Source: Gammaproteobacteria bacterium
GTDB taxonomy: Bacteria > Pseudomonadota > Gammaproteobacteria > G965277405
Direction: 5' to 3'
Assembly (NCBI GenBank): GCA_965277405.1
Contig: OZ255726.1
Span: forward strand, 426,280 to 490,279
DNA: 64,000 bases
Shown here in pieces: positions 29,961 through 39,803 of this stretch (positions are counted from its first letter, which is position 1; each line of letters begins with the position of its first letter). The position numbers and the translations under genes are program-made. Under the pieces are notes generated by a model that worked only from the letters and a program-made list of their open reading frames with translations, made no database searches and was not told the DNA's origin.

Positions 29961-32816
29961 CTAGCCACCCATTCCATTGATAAAAGTCTCTACAAAATTT
30001 ACTGTTTTATTTAAAATCCTATCTCCAACAGCTTTACGGTTTAAAATATTAGGCTTAACACCTTCTATTAAATCTAATAAGTCATCACGTAATGGCTCTC
30101 TTTCTGCATACAGATAATCTTCAATGAGCTTTTGTGTTTTTTCTGATGATAAATTTTCTTCTTTTACAAATACTGCAAATGCCTTTTGCTGTTCTTCTGC
30201 CCAGAATTTATCAAACTCTTGTGGTATAGTTGCAGAATCTGCTATCGCAGGTAAATTATCTTCTATAAACTTTTCTATCAACTCTCTTTTACTTCTTAAA
30301 TTAGCTTCTCCAGTTAATAAATCTACAACCTCTTTACGCTTTGCTTCTCGTTCTGATTTTTTAACATCTTTTAAAGTTGCCAATAGTTTTAAAATATATG
30401 TAACATTAATTTCGTCTCTATGAATCAATTCTAATTCAAAATCTACATCATCGAGTATAGACACTTTTTCTTTGGCAGTATCGAGTTTTGTCTTTTGCCA
30501 TAAATCCAGATACTTGCTGCTGTAATCGTTAAACAACTGCTCTTGCATTGCCAAATTTTCCCAATTGAAATCAGCAAAAGTTGTCATTACGTTTTTTATA
30601 CGCATCAGCTCTCTAAAAGCTCGGATAAATTCTAATTCGTCTGCTTCACTCAGCAAATCATCAACACTATTTACAGTTGGTGCTATTTTTAATAAGTTTA
30701 CAAACGCCTCATTGAATTTTTGCGTATATTCTTCTTGCGGCTTCATTATAACAACATCTATAGCTTCTTTGTTACCAAAGAGTGTTATCGCTTGATCTGT
30801 CGCTTTTTTAAGATTGCGAAACACTACGATATTACCTTGAGATTTCTGCTCGTTGACAATTCTATTTGTCCGTGAGTACGCTTGTATTAAACCGTGATAT
30901 TTTAAATTTTTATCTACGTATAAGGTGTTTAATGACGGACTGTCGAAACCTGTTAAGAACATATTTACCACTAATAAAATATCTATTTTTTGCTCTTTTA
31001 CTTTCTTCGATATATCGTTGTAATAATTATAAAATGATTGGCTATCTTTTGTTGAAAAATTAGAGCCAAACATTTCGTTATAATGCCCTATATAACTGGC
31101 TAACTTATCTCTTTTATGTATATTTAAACCGTATAAGGCTGGCGATTCTGCTACTACCGATACCTCTTCTGGAATATATCCGTTGGCATCTGCATCTTCT
31201 TCGTTGGCTACATAACTAAATATGGTTGCTATTGTTAGATTGTGTGTGCCTTCTTCTTTTTTACGCTGTAGAATATCATAATAATTTACCAACATATCTG
31301 TACCACCGACACAAAACATTGCTGTAAATTCTCTGTTATGCGTTTTGCGGTTGTGATTTGCAATAATATAATCTACTATCTTTTCTAAGCGCTTTGATGA
31401 TTCCATTAACTCTTTACGGTCTATGTCCTCTACTTCAATATCTATTGCTGTAGCAGATTTTTTTTGTTGGTATTTGCCGACATATTCTACTGCAAATTTT
31501 AGTACGTTTTCATCTTGTATAGCATCTGTAATAACGTATTTATGCAAGCAGTTGCCAAACAATTCTTTAGTAGTGCGTTTGCCTAATTCGTTTTTAACTG
31601 CATTGTCTGCAAATATTGGCGTTCCTGTAAAACCAAACATTTGGTAATTGTTAAAAAATTCTTTGATACGCCTATGTGTTTCCCCAAATTGACTGCGATG
31701 GCACTCATCAAAAATAAAGACAATACGCTCATCTTTTAGTTGTTCCATTTTAGCTAAATAGCTCTTGTTACTAATAGCTGTATTTAGCTTTTGAATGGTG
31801 GTTACAATAATTTTGGTGTCATCACTAAATTGTTTTACCAATGCTTTGGTATTGTCTGTACCATCTATACTACCCTTAGAGAAACTATTAAATTCTCTGG
31901 TAGTTTGGTAATCTAAATCTTTTCTATCAACCACAAATGCCACTTTTTGAATCTCTGGCATTTTCATAATAATTTGACTTGCCTTAAATGATGTTAGCGT
32001 TTTTCCTGAGCCTGTGGTATGCCATATATAACCGTTGTGTGTACTATTATTTACCTTGTCAATAATGCTTTCTACTGCATAGTATTGATACGGTCTAAGC
32101 ACCATTAATATTTTATGGGTTTCGTTTAACACAATGTACTTACATATCATTTTAGAGATATGACAAGGTTCTAAAAACTCATTTGCAAACCCATTGAGAA
32201 TATTAGTTACACGCTTGTTTTCTTTATTTGTCCAATAGAATGTCTGCTTAAAAGATTGACGCTTATTGTTTGCATAGTATTTGGTATTTACACCGTTGCT
32301 AATTACAAATATCTGTACATATTGAAACAAAGCCGATTTGGCTGCGAACGAATGGCTTTGATAACGGTTTATTTGCTTAAAAGCTTCTTTTATTTCCAAG
32401 CCTCTACGTTTTAATTCTATTTGCACTAGGGGTAGGCCATTTACTAATAAGCTAAGGTCGTAACGGTTTTTATAACTCCCCTCTATAGTTACTTGACTAG
32501 TAACTTGATATTGATTTTGACACCAATGCTCGGTATTTAGAAACTCAAAATATAAGTTATCGCCATTATCTCTGACAATATGTTGTTTTTCTCTCAGGGT
32601 TTTAGCTTTTTCAAATACAGAGCCTTTAGTTAGTATATTGAGTACACGGTCAAATTCTTTAGCAGTAAACATAATATTGTTATTATGTTTTTCTAACTGT
32701 GTTTTTAGGTTCGCTAATAAGGAGGCTTCATTGGGGATACTTACTTTGGTATAACCAATGTTTGTCAACTGTTGTATTAACTGTTTTTCTAATATTTGTT
32801 CTGTTTGTGTATTCAT
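29961..32816 (-). CDS. hsdR: Type I restriction enzyme R subunit
   Basis: 951 aa; helicase motifs (HTTGSGKT, FIFDECHRSQFG) and overall HsdR layout; last gene of RM operon. Confidence 0.9.
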   Translation of the reverse strand: MNTQTEQILEKQLIQQLTNIGYTKVSIPNEASLLANLKTQLEKHNNNIMFTAKEFDRVLNILTKGSVFEKAKTLREKQHIVRDNGDNLYFEFLNTEHWCQNQYQVTSQVTIEGSYKNRYDLSLLVNGLPLVQIELKRRGLEIKEAFKQINRYQSHSFAAKSALFQYVQIFVISNGVNTKYYANNKRQSFKQTFYWTNKENKRVTNILNGFANEFLEPCHISKMICKYIVLNETHKILMVLRPYQYYAVESIIDKVNNSTHNGYIWHTTGSGKTLTSFKASQIIMKMPEIQKVAFVVDRKDLDYQTTREFNSFSKGSIDGTDNTKALVKQFSDDTKIIVTTIQKLNTAISNKSYLAKMEQLKDERIVFIFDECHRSQFGETHRRIKEFFNNYQMFGFTGTPIFADNAVKNELGKRTTKELFGNCLHKYVITDAIQDENVLKFAVEYVGKYQQKKSATAIDIEVEDIDRKELMESSKRLEKIVDYIIANHNRKTHNREFTAMFCVGGTDMLVNYYDILQRKKEEGTHNLTIATIFSYVANEEDADANGYIPEEVSVVAESPALYGLNIHKRDKLASYIGHYNEMFGSNFSTKDSQSFYNYYNDISKKVKEQKIDILLVVNMFLTGFDSPSLNTLYVDKNLKYHGLIQAYSRTNRIVNEQKSQGNIVVFRNLKKATDQAITLFGNKEAIDVVIMKPQEEYTQKFNEAFVNLLKIAPTVNSVDDLLSEADELEFIRAFRELMRIKNVMTTFADFNWENLAMQEQLFNDYSSKYLDLWQKTKLDTAKEKVSILDDVDFELELIHRDEINVTYILKLLATLKDVKKSEREAKRKEVVDLLTGEANLRSKRELIEKFIEDNLPAIADSATIPQEFDKFWAEEQQKAFAVFVKEENLSSEKTQKLIEDYLYAEREPLRDDLLDLIEGVKPNILNRKAVGDRILNKTVNFVETFINGMGG

Positions 32817-32860
32817 TTGTTCTATTAAAATATGCCTAAGGAAAGATATCCTCTATTATT

Positions 32861-33765
32861 TTAATTTTCTGACCATAATGGATTTAATTCCCAATTATTT
32901 AGAAAACCTAATTTATATATAGGAACGTTTGGATTATTTCTAATAAGTTCAATAATTTTATCTTTGATATGAAGATCAGGAGCAACTTCGTTTGAAAGAT
33001 AAACTAATGTTGAAATAATTAAAAAAGGTTTCTTTTTTTGCACTTCAGTTATTGGTGAATTTAACCAATCATACATTGGGTTTATAATGTTATCAGTTGG
33101 TCTAATAGCCATACTTCTGCTCCAAAGTCTTGAATGGTGAGCAATAATATTTCTTACATAAACTATCGCCCCTAACCAACTTGAAAGTTCACTATGAAGG
33201 TGTAATCCCATTTCTTTCGCTATTTGCGTCTTTTCTGGAAGCTGGTGTTTAATGTTTTTGTATAATTTAGAAAGACTACCCATTGAGACAACCTCTAAAG
33301 TCTTCCAAGACTCAGCATCAATCTTAGGATACTTTCTTTTATGGTCTCTTATAAAAATTTCACTACTTCTATTAAATTCCTTATTCATGATTGCAACAGA
33401 AGATAAGTGATGGTTTGTATTTGTAAAAAATGAAACGTTTAAATGCCATAAAGCATCATATCGTAAAGACATATGATAAATCATTTTTGTTCTTAATGCT
33501 ATTTCTATTCTTTCTATAGCATCAAATAAGATTAGTTTTAAATGCCTATCAAAATTATAGCGCTCAATTACAGTTTCAAAATAAGTGTTTGGGTGAAATT
33601 TATGTTGTACAAAATCACATTGCATATCCCACCAATAGCTTTTAATCGATAATAACTTATTGTGGATAAAAAATGAGTTGCAGAAACCTCATCTTTAAAC
33701 AGCATATCTCTGTCCTTGAGTTGCTGTAATTGTTGTGCTATGCTAAGCGTTGGTTTAGAAGTCAT
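32861..33765 (-). pseudogene. Abi_2 (AbiD/AbiF-like) abortive-infection gene, interrupted by a 1-nt frameshift
   Basis: ORFs 33568..33765 and 32861..33625 overlap in different frames; N-terminal part ends ISYYRLKA, second part resumes YWWDMQ; shift maps to A4 tract (plus-strand T4 at 33640-33643). Confidence 0.65.
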
Positions 33766-33893
33766 AGCTTAAATAAAATGACCCGAGTGCAGTTCTTATG
33801 GTATGCAACTCGGGTTCTGTTACTACAAAGCTACAAACTTTATACCAATTTTGACGACTTTCTACCAATTTTTACGAATTTTTAACATTTTCA

Positions 33894-35414
33894 CTATACC
33901 AACATCTGTTGTAATAAGCCTTTTTTATAGAATTTTGTATGTTCTATTTTTTTATTGGTCAATTCTATTTTTTTATCTATTGATGATAGGAAATTGGCGA
34001 TTTTTTGTTGTTCTCTGGGTAGTGGAACATTAAGATTCAAAGAAGCAAGTTGTTTATTATATAAATGAACAACAGAATTGCCTTGTGCTAATTTAGCTAT
34101 ATCCATTTTTTTACTGTTATTCAATAAATAAGATAGGAATACACCATTTAGTTTAGATTTAATTATGTTCAAATCTCCTCCTAAAATCACACCCTTTTTC
34201 AAAACACAAGAAGCTGTGGCAATATCTAACCGTGTTTCACCTGAAGAAGGTATAATAACATCATTTTCTTCACTTAATACAGAGTCCCTTAAAGGAACAT
34301 TTGTTTTATAAATTATTGAATTAATTACTTCATTGTATGTCGTGTAAAGTTCTCCATAACGAATACATTCATTTACACCATCACTGACAATATCACTTTT
34401 TGAAACTCCTTTACCTTTTAAAAATTTCGCAATATTTCCCAACTTCTTCTCCTCCCATTCCCCTTCAAACTCATTCCCATTATCATCTTTAAACCTCAAC
34501 TCTTGTTTAAAGATTTTTTGCATTACCCCTTTTTTGTATTGCTCTAAAAGAGTTTTCTTTTTTTCTAAGGTTTTGACACGGTTATCTATGGCTGTTAGGA
34601 AATTGGCGATTTTTTGTTGTTCTTTTTTTTCGTTTGGAAAATAAACTTCCATTTGCCTTAGGTTGGTATTATATAGTCTTTTAATAATTCCACCATCAGA
34701 TGTTTGCCATCTTAGAGTTGAATAACAATAAAATAGAAAAGTATTTAGTATTTGTTGTTCATTATTTTCAAGCCAAACAATATTTGAATCCTGATAATAT
34801 GCATCCGAACCATCATATACTACTAATCTTCCAATAGTTCCAGATGCAGAAATAAGTATATCACCAATATTTGGAAACGAATACAGACTCTTATACTTTT
34901 TATATAAATCAATTGGAATATATGAATCAGAATCACTGCCAAATGTTCCAATTTTGTAAAAAGGGACAGAGTTATTTGACTCAGTCGTTGTTTGCTCTTT
35001 AAAAATCCTTTTACACATCAAAGGTCTTCCAATATTTCCTAATTTCTTCTCCTCCCATTCCCCTTTAAACTCAGGAAACCGCAATCGAGGAATATTCTTC
35101 TTTAAGGATATAGGAAAAGGAATTTTACACGTATTTATAATTTGTTTAAATGAGGTTGAAACCTCATTAATATCTATAATATCTACCTTGTACGGCAGCA
35201 AAGAATCATCTAAATCATCTCTTAAACTCGCCAATATCATTGGTGAAATAATAGTACTATGTTCCAAAGCAATATCCAAATCAGAATTGTATTTGGTTTG
35301 GTTTTTTGCCCTAGAGCCAAACACCCATACTTTACAATCTGTAGTAAGATGTTTTTGTAGAATATCTCTTATAATATAAAATTCCTTTGGGCTAATATCA
35401 AAATTAATCTTCAT
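33894..35414 (-). CDS. hsdS: Type I RM specificity subunit HsdS with in-frame N-terminal nucleotidyltransferase (MNT/HI0073-like) domain
   Basis: First ~105 aa: VWVFGSRAKNQTKYNSDLDIAL...YKVDIIDI (pol-beta NTase GSx10DxD); remainder two-TRD HsdS with duplicated EGEWEEKKLGNI and EQQKIANFL(T/S)(A/S)ID coiled-coil spacers; no stop or obvious internal start between modules. Confidence 0.8.
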   Translation of the reverse strand: MKINFDISPKEFYIIRDILQKHLTTDCKVWVFGSRAKNQTKYNSDLDIALEHSTIISPMILASLRDDLDDSLLPYKVDIIDINEVSTSFKQIINTCKIPFPISLKKNIPRLRFPEFKGEWEEKKLGNIGRPLMCKRIFKEQTTTESNNSVPFYKIGTFGSDSDSYIPIDLYKKYKSLYSFPNIGDILISASGTIGRLVVYDGSDAYYQDSNIVWLENNEQQILNTFLFYCYSTLRWQTSDGGIIKRLYNTNLRQMEVYFPNEKKEQQKIANFLTAIDNRVKTLEKKKTLLEQYKKGVMQKIFKQELRFKDDNGNEFEGEWEEKKLGNIAKFLKGKGVSKSDIVSDGVNECIRYGELYTTYNEVINSIIYKTNVPLRDSVLSEENDVIIPSSGETRLDIATASCVLKKGVILGGDLNIIKSKLNGVFLSYLLNNSKKMDIAKLAQGNSVVHLYNKQLASLNLNVPLPREQQKIANFLSSIDKKIELTNKKIEHTKFYKKGLLQQMLV

Positions 35415-35835
35415 AAAAAGTTTTTAGCTTTTGTAAAAAATATTCAGCCTCTGATAAAAAAGCAGGAATTTCTGCCACAATATCTATCGCAATATTTTCG
35501 TTATAACTATTAGAAGTTGTGTTGCTATTTTGCCTGTACACAGCCCATACATCCCAACTATGGAGTAAAATCCCTTTACTAAACCCCTCTCTTATAAGTT
35601 TTTGAAAAGAATATTCTTTAATTTCACTTGGGGTTTCTGGAATATTAGCAAGGTGTCTTCTCAGCATTTTGGTAGTTAATTCATAAGAATACTCAAAACG
35701 CTTAATACAAGCATCTCTAATATATTCACTATAACTATTTTTATTGCTGTGAAAATAAGATAACGCTTTTTTAAAACTTTCTAAAGCGTTTTCTAAGGAA
35801 CTTATATCTAATTTTTCATTAAAATTATTATTCAT
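35404..35835 (-). CDS. HI0074-type nucleotidyltransferase substrate-binding protein (HEPN-clan four-helix bundle)
   Basis: 143 aa; CIKRFEYSYELTTKMLRRHL resembles conserved core of NTase_sub_bind family; stop overlaps NTase-HsdS start by 11 nt; sits 4 nt after hsdM stop. Confidence 0.65.
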   Translation of the reverse strand: MNNNFNEKLDISSLENALESFKKALSYFHSNKNSYSEYIRDACIKRFEYSYELTTKMLRRHLANIPETPSEIKEYSFQKLIREGFSKGILLHSWDVWAVYRQNSNTTSNSYNENIAIDIVAEIPAFLSEAEYFLQKLKTFYED

Positions 35836-35838
35836 ATT

Positions 35839-37494
35839 CTAAAATGGTGTCTCAATACCTAATTCTTTACAAAAAGAAGCAATAATATCGTCTGTTTTCT
35901 TTAAATTTAAATCTAATATTTGTATTTCTTTAGCAACTACCTTAATATTTACTTGCTCTTCTTCTGCAGAAGTATCGACATAACGAGGTATATTAAGGTT
36001 GTAATCGTTCTCAGCTATTTCATCTAAGGAGGCTGTATAGCTGTATTTGTCTTCAATTTTACGCCCCCTATATGTAGTTATTAATTTATCTATATGAGCT
36101 TGTCTTAAAACATTTTGGGTTTTTACCTTTTCAAAATGTTTGCTCGCATCAATAAATAAAATATTTTTAGGGTTTTCTCTACATTTTTTAAATACCAAAA
36201 TACAAGTAGGGATGCCTGTACCATAAAATATATTGGCAGGTAAACCAATAACAGCATCTAAATAATTTTTTTCTTCAATTAAATATTTACGGATATGAGC
36301 TTCGGCACCACCTCTAAATAACGCCCCATGTGGCAATACTAATGCCATACTGCCGTTATCGTCTAAATGATATACCATATGCTGTACAAAAGCAAAATCT
36401 GCCTTATTCCTCGGTGCTAATTTACCGTATTGGCTAAACCTATCGTCACTCATAAAGAGTTGGCTAGCACTCCACTTTGCAGAAAATGGCGGATTGGCTA
36501 CAATAGCCTCAAAACGCAGGTCTATATGTTGTGGGTGTTCTAAGGTATCTTCTTGCTTAATATCAAATTTGCGATAATGTAAATCGTGTAATATCATATT
36601 CATACGTGCTAAGTTGTAGGTAGTACGGTTGAGTTCTTGGCCGTAAAAGTTGTTTACGTTATTATCTACTTCTTTGGCTACACGTAATAGTAATGAACCG
36701 CTGCCACAACTTGGGTCATATACCGATTTTAGTTTTTTTTTTCCTGTGGTTACCAATTTAGCCAATACCATGCTTACCTGTTGCGGTGTATAAAATTCGC
36801 CTGCTTTTTTACCTGCTCCACTGGCAAATTTGCCAATTAGATATTCATAGGCATCGCCCAATACATCTGATTCGGTTTGTTCTAATTTAAAATCAATTTT
36901 ACTTAAATGTGCGAGTACTTTAGCAATAATTTCATTACGCGCCGCTGGTGTTTTACCTAATTTGGTGGAGTTTAAATCCATATCCTCAAAGAGGTTGTCA
37001 AAATCTTCTTCACTATCCGTACCCATTGTACTGTTTTGGACGTTGATGAGGATTTTTTGTAAATCTTCTAGTATAAAATTATGCTTGGTATGGTAGGTTG
37101 CTGTCGTGTCTTTTGTTATATTATTACTTTCTTTAATACCTTCATTGTGATTGCCGCGTTTTGCGACAGCAGAAAATAATTCTGACGGTTTTAAGAAGTA
37201 TCCTAATCCCCCCCCTACTAAAGAGTTTTCGCTTATTGCTTTGATATATTTTTTTCCTGTTTCTGTATTTTCGTCTATAGCGGCAAACAAAAATGTATCG
37301 CCTCCTTCTTTAATAATTTTATTAGCATATATTTCCATTTTTTCGGATAAGTATTTATAGAAAATAAAGCCTAATATATAATCACGAAACTCATCTGCAT
37401 TCATTTTACCCCTAAGGGTATTGGCAATATTCCAAAGTTGTTGTTCTAATTGTTTTTTATAGTCTTCTGACATTGTGGGTCTCAATTGTTGCAA
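35839..37494 (-). CDS. hsdM: Type I RM N6-adenine DNA methyltransferase subunit
   Basis: 551 aa; catalytic NPPF motif (IVANPPFSAKW), AdoMet-binding region DPSCGSGSLL. Confidence 0.9.
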   Translation of the reverse strand: MQQLRPTMSEDYKKQLEQQLWNIANTLRGKMNADEFRDYILGFIFYKYLSEKMEIYANKIIKEGGDTFLFAAIDENTETGKKYIKAISENSLVGGGLGYFLKPSELFSAVAKRGNHNEGIKESNNITKDTTATYHTKHNFILEDLQKILINVQNSTMGTDSEEDFDNLFEDMDLNSTKLGKTPAARNEIIAKVLAHLSKIDFKLEQTESDVLGDAYEYLIGKFASGAGKKAGEFYTPQQVSMVLAKLVTTGKKKLKSVYDPSCGSGSLLLRVAKEVDNNVNNFYGQELNRTTYNLARMNMILHDLHYRKFDIKQEDTLEHPQHIDLRFEAIVANPPFSAKWSASQLFMSDDRFSQYGKLAPRNKADFAFVQHMVYHLDDNGSMALVLPHGALFRGGAEAHIRKYLIEEKNYLDAVIGLPANIFYGTGIPTCILVFKKCRENPKNILFIDASKHFEKVKTQNVLRQAHIDKLITTYRGRKIEDKYSYTASLDEIAENDYNLNIPRYVDTSAEEEQVNIKVVAKEIQILDLNLKKTDDIIASFCKELGIETPF

Positions 37495-37580
37495 TCATCA
37501 AAATATAAATCTTTAGGGTCAGTAGTTACGAACATATTATTTTGATTGATATGCCTTATCGGCTGTAACCATGCTCTTAA

Positions 37581-37869
37581 GGAAGCTCTGATGAAGCCCA
37601 TGATGGGCGAGACGGAGAAAAAACGCTGCTGATAACTAGCCGCAGTGCGCAGATAATACTGGTGGTCTTGTGGGTGCTGCCAAGTGCTGCAACGACGTTA
37701 GCGTAGTGTTTTTTCCCGTCCTGCTGTTGAATATACTTTGGGTTTGCGGCAGCGGTACTTGTGCTGTGCTGCATCCCTTGGCGTATATGCTACGGCATGC
37801 GGTTTGCGCCTTGCAATCATCAGTAATTGCCAGCAAACTCGCTCCATCAGCGAGTTAATCAGAGCTTCC
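37581..37869. mobile_element. MITE-like element, complete copy immediately upstream of the RM operon
   Basis: GGAAGCTCTGATGAAGCCC...GAGTTAATCAGAGCTTCC; followed by another TIR-like stub GGAATCTCTG. Confidence 0.7.
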
Positions 37870-37953
37870 CATGAGGAATCTCTGCGTAAAACCGTGCTTA
37901 GAATTTGATTGCAGCATAAACTTGAATGGCTGCTATACAACATGTTGTTGCTG

Positions 37954-39660
37954 TTATTCTGCATAGTTGTTATGTTGAGTAGCTTCATCCGCGGCTTCTG
38001 CTAATTCCATTTGGGTAATAATCGTTTCAGCGTCATCAATAATATCCTGAATACTCTGTTGTTCTTGTGGTGATGCGCCGGCAATTAAGCTGTCGGTAAT
38101 AAGTTGATTCACCCGTTGTTTGCGCAGTATTAAAATATCATGCAACGATTGGGCGATAAGGATGCGGCGGTCTGGATAGTTGCTCGTTAATGCTTGAATA
38201 ATTGTATCAGCGCAGCGTGGCAGCAATAATACCAAGTGCTGTGCTACATCTTCTGGTTGCAGTCGATTATTTTCAAACGCTGTATATATAAATTCTGCAG
38301 CATGTTCTGGGCTGAATGAAATGGCTTGGGCGAGCAGTTTTATCTCTGGGTCTAATATATCAGTGAGCTGGTATTCATATGCAGGGTTTAACGGTGTTAT
38401 TTGATGCGTAGCAACTTGGGTGATCATTTGCACGCTTGTTTCCTTGTATAAGCGCTTGCGGTTGAAGATGCTTTGCCAAAACACATACACAGAGTAGATA
38501 ACATGGACTACTGCTATCGACATATACAACGCAGCATTGCCCAAAATCTCCATTAAGAAGCCGCCAATCTGCTGCCCTAACACGCTAAAAATTCCGTATA
38601 ACAGCATCATTTTGCTCATGATTGGCAAAATATCTTCATTTTTAATGCGCTCAAACATATGCGCATATGCAAGGGGATACATGCACGCTGCCATGCCGCT
38701 TGCCAAGACGAAGCTCGCTATTAACAACCAATCTGGATACATGAACGGTTGTGATAGTACAATCGATACATTGGCAAGAGCACCGACGGCAGAAACTATA
38801 ATTGCCAATGCCTGCTTATTGATGGTATCCGCTAGCCAGCCAACAGGAAATTGAAATATCATTGAGCCGATATAAAAACTCGCTAACACAATGGTAATGA
38901 CGAAAAATGGATGGGTGGCGACAATGCTATTTGCATACACTGGGGTTAAGCTGATTGTTGATAAAGTAACAAGCCCGGCACACATCATCCCAACTACACT
39001 CACTGAAGAAATCGACCACAATTGTTTGATTGGAATTTTCTTTGTGTCCTCAGAAAATGACGGAACAGGGCGATTTGTTAAACCAAGAGGAATCAGTGAA
39101 ACGCAAAAACATATAGCAATTAAGCCAAATAACCTAGGGTCATCGGCGTTGGTAATGTGCAAAATAAACGGCGCGATAATCCCGCCTAAGCCATACGAGA
39201 TTTGATATGTTGAAAAAATCCTGCCACGGGTAGTGCTGGTGCTTAACCCCGTCAACCAACTTTCCATAATGATAAAATTTGTAGTAATCGCATAGCCAAA
39301 CAATAGGCGCATCAATGCTACAAACCAAACAGAATCAACATAGCCGTGCGTAATAGCCAGCACACTGATAACCGCAGACATTACTGAAAATGCGCGTATA
39401 TGACCAACGCGGGTAATCAGCCTTGAACCAAAAATACAAGAGAGAATAGTTCCAATAGAATAACAGGACATTGCCAGGCCAATCAAGCCAGTTGATACTC
39501 CGTTATTCTCTAATCTAATCGGCAGGGTTATAAATAGCAGCGCGTGACCAATGACACCAATCAGTGTTGCAGACAATATAGAATTTGTCCGTCCAAGCAA
39601 TTGCAACATCCACATAACAACACTCTGTGAGTACTTAAGAAACTTCAGTTTAATATACAA
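37954..39660 (-). CDS. MFS transporter (YcaD-like) with long hydrophilic C-terminal extension
   Basis: 12 predicted TM segments in first ~400 aa, then ~170 aa charged tail; true start possibly an internal Met (MWMLQLLG). Confidence 0.7.
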   Translation of the reverse strand: MYIKLKFLKYSQSVVMWMLQLLGRTNSILSATLIGVIGHALLFITLPIRLENNGVSTGLIGLAMSCYSIGTILSCIFGSRLITRVGHIRAFSVMSAVISVLAITHGYVDSVWFVALMRLLFGYAITTNFIIMESWLTGLSTSTTRGRIFSTYQISYGLGGIIAPFILHITNADDPRLFGLIAICFCVSLIPLGLTNRPVPSFSEDTKKIPIKQLWSISSVSVVGMMCAGLVTLSTISLTPVYANSIVATHPFFVITIVLASFYIGSMIFQFPVGWLADTINKQALAIIVSAVGALANVSIVLSQPFMYPDWLLIASFVLASGMAACMYPLAYAHMFERIKNEDILPIMSKMMLLYGIFSVLGQQIGGFLMEILGNAALYMSIAVVHVIYSVYVFWQSIFNRKRLYKETSVQMITQVATHQITPLNPAYEYQLTDILDPEIKLLAQAISFSPEHAAEFIYTAFENNRLQPEDVAQHLVLLLPRCADTIIQALTSNYPDRRILIAQSLHDILILRKQRVNQLITDSLIAGASPQEQQSIQDIIDDAETIITQMELAEAADEATQHNNYAE

Positions 39661-39664
39661 CGAT

Positions 39665-39803
39665 TTGCGGCAATTGCGGTACTTCTGTGTAGCATCCTTT
39701 GGCGTATATGCTACGCCATGTGCTTAGCGGTTTGAGCCTGGCAATCATCAGCAATCGCAACAAGCTCACTCCAAATCGACTAAATTAAAGGTTCCTTAAA
39801 ATA
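39665..39803. mobile_element. MITE-like element, degenerate partial copy
   Basis: GCATCCTTTGGCGTATATGCTACG...GGCAATCATCAGCAATCGC resembles MITE core with substitutions. Confidence 0.4.

Noticed and set aside
33894-35414. Possible phase-variable hsdS shuffling system
   Set aside because: Only one hsdS gene, no inverted silent TRD cassettes and no recombinase nearby; internal repeats are the normal HsdS spacer repeats
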